From: a virus
Lineage: Duplodnaviria; Caudoviricetes
DNA: 64,000 bases
Virus record (IMG/VR): IMGVR_UViG_3300011678_000001
Span: 205,791 to 269,790 of that record
Direction: 5' to 3' (one strand)
Shown here: positions 56,301 through 64,000 of the stretch, piece after piece
Layout of the letters: each line of letters opens with the position of its first letter
Numbering within the stretch: position 1 is the stretch's first letter
Made by a program: the position numbers and the translations under genes
The notes under the pieces: generated by a model
What the model was told of the DNA's origin: nothing
The model's input: only the letters and a program-made list of their open reading frames with translations
Databases searched by the model: none

Positions 56301-57769
56301 GTGTCGCCTTGGCCTAGAACGAGGTCTTGCTCACTGATCTCAAGCGAGCCTTCGATCGTCTGTGAATTGTCCCAGGGGTTTGGCAGGGTCTTGTAGCTTT
56401 CTGCCAACCGCTGCATCCGGCGATACTGCGCACCGGTGTAGAGGTCCTTGTCCACCAACTCTTCCAGACGTTCCTGAATGGCGGTGGTCAGGGTTTGCTC
56501 GGTAGCACGACTGGCCACCACAGCAGGCACAGACTCACGCTCCTCGACCTGAGATTCGATGATCAGCTCACCGTCCTCATCGGTCATGATCGCATCGTCA
56601 GTAGGCGTGGCGGGGACGTCGAGGTCTGCAGACAGCTCCTCTTCTTCCTCTTGCGCCAGCTCTTGAGCAGAACCTGACTCTTCACGCATCCGCGCTTCGA
56701 CTTCAGCATCATCGCGTTCATCTTCTGCAACGCGTTCTTGCTCGGCCTCTTCTGGCTCCGCTTCAGCCACCACTGTGCTGGTCTGGTTGATGACTTTGGT
56801 CAACAGCTTCAGGAACCGCACTTGGATGATCTTAGGATCAAGACCGTTCGGGGCTTCCATGGACACGTCCATGATCCCTTCGACAGGGGTGGTGTCACCT
56901 GCCTGTTCCAACGAGACGTACTCATCGTACAGGCTGTCGAAATCAAACTGATCGTCAGCCGGTTGCGGCTGGAACGCTTCCATGGAAACGCCCGCATCGG
57001 TTTTGCGCCAGCTGTCCAAACGCCCCAGGTTAATCACCAACCAACCGGTGTCACGACGGATCACCAGGTCCACTTCATGCAGACGTGCCGCATCCAAACG
57101 CCCCATGGGGGTGTTCTTACGGTTCTCGCCCAACCAGCACCAAATGTCCAGCAGGTCCATCCGCTCACGGGTGTTGAACACCTTGGTCATGAGCAGCGGC
57201 GTGATGCCTCGTTCAGCCTTACGTAGATCGGACAGCGCAGGCAGTGATTGAGGCACATCGAAGATCACCATGTGATGGCGTTCGTTCTGAGTCTTGAGCT
57301 GATTGATGCGTTCCCACATGGTGCTGCGGATGTTCTTCCAGTACCACCACCGGCTCAGTGCCGAGCGCATGTACTTGTACATCTGGCCAACCATGGAATA
57401 GTTGACCACGACCATGTTCAACGGCTCTTTGCTCGCCGCCTCGTAATCGCGCATCGGACGGACCATCATGTTTTCACGACGGTACTGTTGTTGCATTGGA
57501 GCGACCAGCTTGTACGTCGGACGAGGATTGCCTTCCTTTACCAGCAAGTCACCTATGTGATCGATGTACGTCAAGCGCTGCCCAAGTCCGAAGATGGGGC
57601 TGTCGGAGGCCGGTCCCAATTCGGTTTCGGAGACGGGCATGTAATGCAGTGTGGTGCCACGAGGCAAGGTAAACCGAGCAATCGGTCTGACCCGTGGGTT
57701 TTCCAGACCGCCTAGTCGCAAGATACCAAAGAGCTTGGTATAGCGGTCATACTGAAACATCACGGCCAT
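53387..57769 (-). CDS. virion RNA polymerase beta subunit (phiKZ gp178-like)
   Basis: 1460 aa; RKVSSSRVALTSY, GGRSGRSM, SESTVDSGDV, DDPKRVNFIGIQQSH, EDSS, GDKAVFCNQMK; uninterrupted. Confidence 0.93.
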   Translation of the reverse strand: MAVMFQYDRYTKLFGILRLGGLENPRVRPIARFTLPRGTTLHYMPVSETELGPASDSPIFGLGQRLTYIDHIGDLLVKEGNPRPTYKLVAPMQQQYRRENMMVRPMRDYEAASKEPLNMVVVNYSMVGQMYKYMRSALSRWWYWKNIRSTMWERINQLKTQNERHHMVIFDVPQSLPALSDLRKAERGITPLLMTKVFNTRERMDLLDIWCWLGENRKNTPMGRLDAARLHEVDLVIRRDTGWLVINLGRLDSWRKTDAGVSMEAFQPQPADDQFDFDSLYDEYVSLEQAGDTTPVEGIMDVSMEAPNGLDPKIIQVRFLKLLTKVINQTSTVVAEAEPEEAEQERVAEDERDDAEVEARMREESGSAQELAQEEEEELSADLDVPATPTDDAIMTDEDGELIIESQVEERESVPAVVASRATEQTLTTAIQERLEELVDKDLYTGAQYRRMQRLAESYKTLPNPWDNSQTIEGSLEISEQDLVLGQGDTYPKSDAVRDESMLESTVEKMDSQYIEKVMKKDILNAVMSVQKAGIAVTGYSVEVVEDAVSHYEVHKIQLTPVTGKPSTISFRVPVVDKRGVYVSNGQRYRMRTQKADVPIRKVSSSRVALTSYYSKIFVDRSMRAVFNYDNWIGKQIIAKGLDPADDTIKNVKIADVADFSLDLPTVYTVIGSRVMSFEANGDYWFDYKNRLRSRLFDEATLTELETRFKGWVVCGKRGAQYIMVGRDNVFYLVKRGSDDAQPLGQIEEILNLPQDKAPVNMAEISIFGKTMPVGIALAYLVGFNTLLEMTKAQYRVVPLGTRLQMGADEYAIKFLDETLVMDKTDVQSSMIFAGFLHYHKHVRNYSRHSFNAKDVYFNILDANNIGLRYLRELDLMSAMWVDPITKGVLEWMKEPTEFVPLLMRACELLVTRYVPKKVDTAEGLVEGLERAKGYERIPGAVYAELVRSIRVYNSRNANNSSQVTMKPHEVWTNIVQDPASAIVDDINPIQNLKQKEIITYGGRGGRSGRSMTAEARLYKESDIGFISESTVDSGDVAVITYMSPNANITSVRGTVREFDKEKDGSANIVSTSALISPFADRDDPKRVNFIGIQQSHVISAEGYRESPISTGYDHVLAHRVDEVFAVPASKNGEVVERTDEHMVVAYEDGTFEHIDLTTQYGISAGSVYPQKQASTFQLGDKVQAGDILKYNSGFFKPSKFHRHQVQWKAGVIARTALMEASYTLEDSSAIDDWLSSQLGSEVTKVKTVVVRFDQTVRNLVKEGDHTDITSILCTIEDAVTADSGLFSDDDLETLRMMSSATPTAGAVGEVSKIEVFYHGDTDDMSDSLLELVSAHDKRRRKVAKRLGKPVVTGQVDQSLRIDGNGLELDHVAIKIYITHREGMGVGDKAVFCNQMKTVVGHRLNGINETESGKQINAIFGAKSVMDRIVLSALLIGMSIAVQTSIGEKAAAMWMANDTK

Positions 57770-59396
57770 GTTTGAATCGTCCTGTCAGGTTGTGAATGAC
57801 GTACTTGATGGTGTCGTAGTCGTAGGAAGCCAAGAGGCTGCCATCGGTGTCGACCCAATACTGACGTGAGCGCAAGATGCGGTCGTTCTCGGCCAAGGCT
57901 TCTTTGGACATGACCAACGTTGCCGAACCGGTGTCGCCGTCAAAGTCCGCCGCGAGCCCCACCAGCTTGGTGGAATGCGGTGATTGCGTGTCCATATAAG
58001 ACGTAGAGCCGGTCATGGGGAACTCAAGCGCCACATGCTCGTCATCGTCGTACGGTGCCCAGCTGTCATCGAGCTCAACCCGACGTTCACCGACCACTGT
58101 GGTCTTGACGTACACCCGGCTGGCATAGATCGAACGGTTACCGGAAATCGGATAACGACAGATCTGTGCAAAGTGCTTGTTCCAATAGGCATAACCGCAC
58201 AGGTACAGCATCTCGACCAAGTTGATAGGTGAGACCAAACTGCGGTCTAGGTGATCCGGCATATCTTCGATGTCAAAGAAGATCTTAAAGGTATTGTCCA
58301 AGCCTTTATAAATCAGGGCAAGGTAATGACCTTCGATCTCCACAGGACGATGACGCATCTCCACCATCTGGTACCGATCAATGACCGAACTCAACCCATC
58401 ACGGGTGGTCCAGGTATCACGGGTCTCAGGTGAGAGCGTTACCCATGTTGGGCGTAGGGTGTCTTTGCTGATCAGTTGAGCTTGACCTTCACCGGATTGA
58501 ATGCGCTCACCAAAAGTGCGCCGCAGGTGGTGAATGGTAATGGGCGTGACCCCTTTGATGACCTGGAACAACCCCAAGCTGGTGGCATCGAACCCCGGTG
58601 CGTTGGCATCGTTCAAATCCGCAATGGAGGTATCCATCACCGTCAAGACGTTCCGCGTACCGTAAACCACACGACGCGACGCCCACTTGTCCAGAATAAA
58701 ACCGTTCTTACCGCCCAGCATCCCCTCGATAAGTTCGTAGATTTCCATCAGGCAGTTGGTCAACGCATTGCGTGCGATGTCCAAGGCTGGGGATTCCATG
58801 TCACTGGTCACCGGGATGGTGTTGCTGATTGACAGCGCGCGGTAATAAAGGTCGTGAATCTCGTTCTTGGTGACAGCACCGCTTTCAGAGATCTCGATGT
58901 CACGGATACCGGCAGGCAGGACAGGGATGTAACGCGTCAAGGCGTCTTTGCGCCACTGGTTGATAAACTCAACCCGCATCATCCGCGTCGGTGACTTGCT
59001 CTTGCGCAGTTGCAATTCATGGAAGTGCCGCACAAAGAAGCTGTAACCAGTTTCGGCCTTGTCCGAGGTGTCAGCCACGAAGTCTTTGGTCACCGGGTCA
59101 AAGATGGCGGTTTCCCGCCCAGCAACGATGCCTCGGTAAATGCCCTTAAGGCTCATCAGGTCACGGAAGACCTTCGGGTGGAAGATCCGCACTTTAAGAT
59201 CGATGTAAGAGAAGTTGCGGTCACGGTCATCTGAGCCGACCCGACCAAAGATTTTGGTAGAGTACAATCCATCGTCGTGAAACTCGCTACTGGCCCCATC
59301 ATAGATGTCCAGACTGGTCACAGGTGTCATGTGACTGACCCGTTCCTTCGTCAGCACCATGGGCCAAACTTTGGCTGGTGTTTCCGCGTAGTTCAT
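57747..59396 (-). CDS. virion RNA polymerase beta' N subunit (phiKZ gp180-like)
   Basis: GLYSTKIFG, VLPAGIRD, GTRNV, RYP and an intact ADFDGD; start MNYAET. Confidence 0.93.
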   Translation of the reverse strand: MNYAETPAKVWPMVLTKERVSHMTPVTSLDIYDGASSEFHDDGLYSTKIFGRVGSDDRDRNFSYIDLKVRIFHPKVFRDLMSLKGIYRGIVAGRETAIFDPVTKDFVADTSDKAETGYSFFVRHFHELQLRKSKSPTRMMRVEFINQWRKDALTRYIPVLPAGIRDIEISESGAVTKNEIHDLYYRALSISNTIPVTSDMESPALDIARNALTNCLMEIYELIEGMLGGKNGFILDKWASRRVVYGTRNVLTVMDTSIADLNDANAPGFDATSLGLFQVIKGVTPITIHHLRRTFGERIQSGEGQAQLISKDTLRPTWVTLSPETRDTWTTRDGLSSVIDRYQMVEMRHRPVEIEGHYLALIYKGLDNTFKIFFDIEDMPDHLDRSLVSPINLVEMLYLCGYAYWNKHFAQICRYPISGNRSIYASRVYVKTTVVGERRVELDDSWAPYDDDEHVALEFPMTGSTSYMDTQSPHSTKLVGLAADFDGDTGSATLVMSKEALAENDRILRSRQYWVDTDGSLLASYDYDTIKYVIHNLTGRFKHGRDVSV

Positions 59397-59479
59397 CGTA
59401 CGTACCTGTAAGTTCTTGGTCGTTTTCGACAGTTGGTATGAAGGAGGCTTAGTATTATAAGCCGATTTGGAGAATTTCG

Positions 59480-62400
59480 ATGGCAAATAAAGACGAAATC
59501 GATCTGAGCGGGCTTGACCTAGATGATTTCGACTTCGGCATTCCTGAGTGGAGTGCAGATGAAGAAATCGACAGTTCATCCCGTAAACCGATCGACAGCG
59601 TAGTAAAAGGTACGAAGGCTGGCCTCAAGAAAGAACTGGCCTCACCGTCTGCCTTACGCCGTGCGCTCTCGATGGCGTTGCCCGAAGGCTATGGACTTGC
59701 CGCAGACACCATTGAGAACGTCGCAACAGATGCTCGATCGCTATACGATAAGGTGACCGGAGAGTCGCCTGAGCTCGTACGTGGCAGTAAGGCTTTTGGC
59801 CGTAAGGCCATGAACATGGTCGGCACCAAGGTCCTGCCTAAGAAGGTGGCAGACCGTCTCAACAATGCCCTCCAAGAAGATGAAGACTATAGTGTCAAGT
59901 CTTCTAACGACTATCGCCGGGAACAGGAAGAGAACGACCTGGCAGGCTTAGCTGAGATTTTCAAAGCCTCGGCAGCCGCTGGCGAAGAACGGGCTAAACG
60001 TGACGATGTGGAAAGCATCGAACGTAAGGCCATGGATCAAGCGCGGTTCAAATCCAACATTCAAGCCCTGTCTGCAATTAATCGCAGCATGGCACGCTTG
60101 GTGGGTTACCAGGACAAGATTACCGCGCGTTATCAGCACAAGATGCTGGAACTCAATTACCGTCAGTATGCCACTACCAAGCAGCTGACGGATTTGATGG
60201 CTGAAGCCACGTCCAAGCAGACCCAGATCCTTGAAACCATTCGCCACAACACAGCCCTGCCAGAAGCGGTTAAAATCCGTGGCAGCGAAATGTTTGGGCA
60301 GTTGGCTAAACAACGGTTGATGGGCCAAGGCTTGAACTCGGTGTCCAATTGGACGCAGAACTACGGCAAGCAGGTCATGGACAACGTCTCCGGTATGATC
60401 CGGGGATTGCTCGATCCAATGGGTGGTGGCCTTGATGCCGCCGATGGCATGGGTAAAGCAGAACTCGGTGGTTATCTTGCCGGGTCCAAAGCGGGCGCTA
60501 AAGTCCGCGACCATGCGGCGATGTTTATCGCCCCCTACCTTGCCAAAAACAAGTACGTGGCAGCCGGTGGAGAGAAACTGCGTAACACCTTCACAGGCCT
60601 TCCACAACGCATCAACGAGTTCGCACAGTCCGAGTCGGAAGGCTCCGGGTACCGTGCGGTGGCGATGCAGACGTTCAAGAGCTTCCTGCCCCAGTTCAGC
60701 TTGGATGCAAGTCCAGGCGGTACCGCAGTAGACAAGCTTGATGAAATCGGAACGTTTGACACCATTGCCCGTCGTTCATTGATCGAGATCATTCCAGGCT
60801 ACCTGTCTGAAATTGCCCACTGGAGCCGTGTTGCGGTCACCGGGGAAAAGGACAGTGAGAAGAAGGTCTACAACGTAGTCCGGGGTGGGTTTACCTCGGA
60901 GAAGGAACAGCTCAAGGACGTTCAGCGCCAGATCATGTCCCGCTCGGAGCGTGAATCGCTTCGCGGTGCTGCGGACGAGTTCCTGGTAATGATTGGCGGG
61001 GACATCATGTCCTCAAAAGCCCAACGGGTTCTGAAGCGCAAGCTTCTCGATGAGTTGGCCAATGGTCGTGACCTGGTGCCTAAACGGCTCGCCGACCCTG
61101 TTGAGTATCCGGGCGAAGACGTAGGCATTGTTGATGAGATCACCTCCTTAATCATCGACAGCTTCGGACTTGACTTCGAAGGCAATAGCACGGACAGCAG
61201 TACCGAGGGCCGTAAGCGGTTTAACAACATCCGCGACCAGTTCTTGCGCATGGCCAGCATGATCCCTGCCAGCGGGGATCGCATCCGTATTCTGGGTGAC
61301 GTGCTTGGCAAGGACAGCCTTCGTAAGCTTGGGTACATCGAACGACAGGATCGTGATGATGCTATCAATTACGATAAAATTTGGAGTTCGGTACTCGATG
61401 AGGATGACGAACCAGGCGAAGCTCGAGCTTCGAAAAGCAACAAGGATGGTGATCATCGCCGTGATATCCGTACTAATCGTACTTATGTCGATGATCAAGT
61501 TCGTGGCGATCTCTCCGATCGTGCTGCTCGAGCTGATCGTGCACGTGTTGAAGGGGATGCCGAAGGACACTTCGGTGGACTCGAACGATTCCTAGGTGAC
61601 AAGAGCACCCTGATCACGCTGATCCGTGAATCACGTAACTTCCATGAAGAGACCGTGAACTTGCTGAAAGCGTTGAAAGGGTGCGGGTGCGTTGGGGCCG
61701 GAGCACATGCAGCGCCTACCGGTGCAGCCGGCCGTCTCCAGCAAGTGAACCAGTGGACTGAAGAGGCCATCAGCAAGAGCATCGATAAATTCGATGAGGT
61801 CAAGCGTGAAGCCAAAGACATCTGGATTCAAGGCGAAGACCATCCACGGTTAGAGGAATGGAAACTCAAGGCGGAGATGTACCGGGACAAAGCGTCCGGT
61901 GAAGTCATCAAGCGTTGGGAAGACATTCAAGGCGATGTGGTCGACCTTAAAGGGAAGACCGTGGCCCGTTACACCGAGATCGTGGAATCGGGTGTGATTG
62001 CCGATCATAAAGCCAAGGTCATCAAGCGGGCCTCCGATCTCCTGGGTCGGGCTAAGGGCAGTAAGCTTGGGGTTGCAGCGGCGGCAGGTCTTGCATCTGC
62101 TCAAGCGCGCCTCTCAGGCTTCATGGGCGGTGCTGACACTGACGCCACAGCTAAAGAGCAGCGTAAGTTCCGTCCACGGCTTAATCGCCTGATGAAGTTC
62201 TTCCGCAGCGACAAGGCGGATGCGGACATCAGTGGACAGCTCTCAGGTAACCCGAAAGAAGACATGGTCACCTTACTGATGCGCTCGGTCCAATTGCAAT
62301 ACGAGACGCTCAAACAAGTCACTCCTGAGAAGATCCGTAAGGGTTCCTTCCAAGACCTGTTCAGTCGCCGTAAAGAAATGCTCGGTGATGCCAAAGAGAA

Positions 62401-64000
62401 GATCAAGGGCAAGTTTGCAGACACTCAAGGCTTGTTTGCCAAAGGGGGTTTGCTGGCGGGTCTGATGGATAAGATCAAAGGCAATGGCGGCGAGGATGGT
62501 AATGGGGGTGGTGGTATCCTGGATACCTTGGGCGACATTGGGGACATCTTCGGCGGTGGCGACAGCGCTGATGGTCGGACCCGTAAACAACGTCGTCGTG
62601 CAGGACGTACTGGCAAGCTCGGTAAGCTTAAGAACCTAGCCGGCCGCGGGCTGGATAAGCTGGGGCTCTTCGGTAAAGCAGTCAAACTGGGTGCCAAGGG
62701 TACAGGCCTGATGGGTCGTCTTGGCTGGGGTGCTACCAAGCTCATGGGTAAAGGGGCATGGGGCGCCTTGAAACTTGGCAAGAACGTCCTGACCAATCCG
62801 TTGACTCGGATGGTGGTTGGTCAAGGGGCACGGATGGCATTGGGTGCTGTCATGGGCGCGGCAGGCTTGATCAGTGCTCCGGTACTGGCAGGTGCTGCAG
62901 TTGTCGGCGGAGCCATTGTGCTAGGCTCGTACATCTACGGCGCCATGAAGGATAAGCTTCCACCATTGATGTTAACTCGGATGGCGCAATACGGTATCGA
63001 CCCTGATCCGAAGAACGAACAAATCGGTGTACTGGTCGAGCTTGAAAAGCTCTTTGCGAAAGCAACGTCGGTGGATGCAGAAGGTAAGGCATCGATTAAC
63101 GTCCAGTCTGTGCCGTTCGAATCAGTTGCAGCGATCCTGAAACTGAACACCACCAATCCCGATGGCGAACCACAAGTTCAACGGGCGATGCATTACTTGA
63201 GGAACCGCTTCTCAGCTGTGTACTTGGCGCATGTCTCCAATTACTACGCGCTGACCAAGTCATTGGACCTGACTCAGGCTGACACCAAGCTGACCGGTAA
63301 AGTGGCCATGGAGTTCTTGAACAAAGTGACCCTCAAGGATCGTCCTGAAGTCTTCGAGGACATGGTGGCACCGTTTGAGAAGGAAGAGTTGAAAGTCGAT
63401 GCCGGTGATGTCGAGGATTACATTGACACCGCCAAAGGCATGATCGAAAAGCAGATCAAGAAGGAAAACAACCCGGAAGGGAAGTCAGCCTCTGAACTGC
63501 ATGCCGATGCCCTCAAAGCAACAGCAGCGGCTGGGGCCGTGGCTGGCGCGTCCAACATGGGTGCTAAACCTAAGTCGGATCGTGCGGTAGGGGCGCCTCC
63601 GGGAACACCGGGTGCGAAGGGAACGACTGAACTGTCCATGAATGCTGGGGATAAAACCAAAGGCACCCTTCCAGGTGGTCTGGCGGTTCCAGCAACGACC
63701 GTCGCGGCTGTCACAGCCACGGTGGTAGGCGGTGCAGTGGTCAGTGGGGATGTGAAAGCAATCGACCGCTCCATTCAGGTGGTGCAGTTAGATGACGCTA
63801 CCCCTGTGCGGTATCGGGTGTACGGTCTGACAGAGATGGGTGAAATCAAGGTTGGCGTGTTGCAACTCTTGGAAACCAACCTGTGGAAGTCCGTGCAGTA
63901 CGACAAGGACAAAGTGGCCAGTCTACGTGATGTCCATGAAGGCTACCTGATCGCTCAGAAGCTGTTCTCGCCGTACGACAGCGATGAGTTGTCTAACCTG
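59480..64000 (+). CDS. giant tail/tape-measure protein (phiKZ gp181-like), 5' part; runs off the window
   Basis: Absent from the ORF track, consistent with no stop in the window. ATG 59480 with GGAG RBS reads MANKDEIDLSGLDLDDFDFG...; contains TALPEAVK and IEIIPGYLS and a Gly/Lys-rich region with hydrophobic helices near 62600-62950. Divergent from vRNAP beta'. Confidence 0.85.
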   Translation, partial: MANKDEIDLSGLDLDDFDFGIPEWSADEEIDSSSRKPIDSVVKGTKAGLKKELASPSALRRALSMALPEGYGLAADTIENVATDARSLYDKVTGESPELVRGSKAFGRKAMNMVGTKVLPKKVADRLNNALQEDEDYSVKSSNDYRREQEENDLAGLAEIFKASAAAGEERAKRDDVESIERKAMDQARFKSNIQALSAINRSMARLVGYQDKITARYQHKMLELNYRQYATTKQLTDLMAEATSKQTQILETIRHNTALPEAVKIRGSEMFGQLAKQRLMGQGLNSVSNWTQNYGKQVMDNVSGMIRGLLDPMGGGLDAADGMGKAELGGYLAGSKAGAKVRDHAAMFIAPYLAKNKYVAAGGEKLRNTFTGLPQRINEFAQSESEGSGYRAVAMQTFKSFLPQFSLDASPGGTAVDKLDEIGTFDTIARRSLIEIIPGYLSEIAHWSRVAVTGEKDSEKKVYNVVRGGFTSEKEQLKDVQRQIMSRSERESLRGAADEFLVMIGGDIMSSKAQRVLKRKLLDELANGRDLVPKRLADPVEYPGEDVGIVDEITSLIIDSFGLDFEGNSTDSSTEGRKRFNNIRDQFLRMASMIPASGDRIRILGDVLGKDSLRKLGYIERQDRDDAINYDKIWSSVLDEDDEPGEARASKSNKDGDHRRDIRTNRTYVDDQVRGDLSDRAARADRARVEGDAEGHFGGLERFLGDKSTLITLIRESRNFHEETVNLLKALKGCGCVGAGAHAAPTGAAGRLQQVNQWTEEAISKSIDKFDEVKREAKDIWIQGEDHPRLEEWKLKAEMYRDKASGEVIKRWEDIQGDVVDLKGKTVARYTEIVESGVIADHKAKVIKRASDLLGRAKGSKLGVAAAAGLASAQARLSGFMGGADTDATAKEQRKFRPRLNRLMKFFRSDKADADISGQLSGNPKEDMVTLLMRSVQLQYETLKQVTPEKIRKGSFQDLFSRRKEMLGDAKEKIKGKFADTQGLFAKGGLLAGLMDKIKGNGGEDGNGGGGILDTLGDIGDIFGGGDSADGRTRKQRRRAGRTGKLGKLKNLAGRGLDKLGLFGKAVKLGAKGTGLMGRLGWGATKLMGKGAWGALKLGKNVLTNPLTRMVVGQGARMALGAVMGAAGLISAPVLAGAAVVGGAIVLGSYIYGAMKDKLPPLMLTRMAQYGIDPDPKNEQIGVLVELEKLFAKATSVDAEGKASINVQSVPFESVAAILKLNTTNPDGEPQVQRAMHYLRNRFSAVYLAHVSNYYALTKSLDLTQADTKLTGKVAMEFLNKVTLKDRPEVFEDMVAPFEKEELKVDAGDVEDYIDTAKGMIEKQIKKENNPEGKSASELHADALKATAAAGAVAGASNMGAKPKSDRAVGAPPGTPGAKGTTELSMNAGDKTKGTLPGGLAVPATTVAAVTATVVGGAVVSGDVKAIDRSIQVVQLDDATPVRYRVYGLTEMGEIKVGVLQLLETNLWKSVQYDKDKVASLRDVHEGYLIAQKLFSPYDSDELSNL

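Noticed and set aside
59948-63774. Many short ORFs listed on both strands
   Set aside because: They lie within the single long gp181-like + frame that the track missed for lack of a stop codon.
1-64000. tRNA, rRNA, CRISPR arrays, true inteins, reassigned stop codons
   Set aside because: None seen by eye. Core genes (terminase, polymerase, vRNAP) are normal length and read through in the standard code. tRNAscan was not run.

Overview
A 64 kb piece of a nucleus-forming, phiKZ-like jumbo phage genome (Chimalliviridae-type). GC is roughly 55% by eye; a Pseudomonas-like host is a guess. Core genes: SbcD-like nuclease (partial); non-virion RNAP beta' N subunit split by a group I intron that carries an HNH endonuclease and sits inside the NADFDG|D motif; chimallin; family B DNA polymerase subunit; PhuZ tubulin; large terminase; tail sheath and tube; internal head proteins; prohead protease; virion RNAP beta and beta' subunits; and the 5' part of the giant gp181-like tail protein. 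phiKZ/SPN3US assignments come from recalled motifs and synteny, not from searches. Best lead: a free-standing GIY-YIG endonuclease appears to have inserted into the 5' end of phuZ, leaving a 24-codon stub under the original promoter and supplying a synonymously recoded replacement N-terminus. Other leads: a family of three GIY-YIG paralogs plus a catalytically dead fused copy; an HNH gene that has lost its nuclease core; a bipartite putative early promoter (TCGA-N14-TACAT) found 7 times; two putative early operons of tiny membrane-anchored proteins behind a shared 34-bp element; terminator hairpins flanked by TATGCCG; and an overlapping array of small divergent paralogs.
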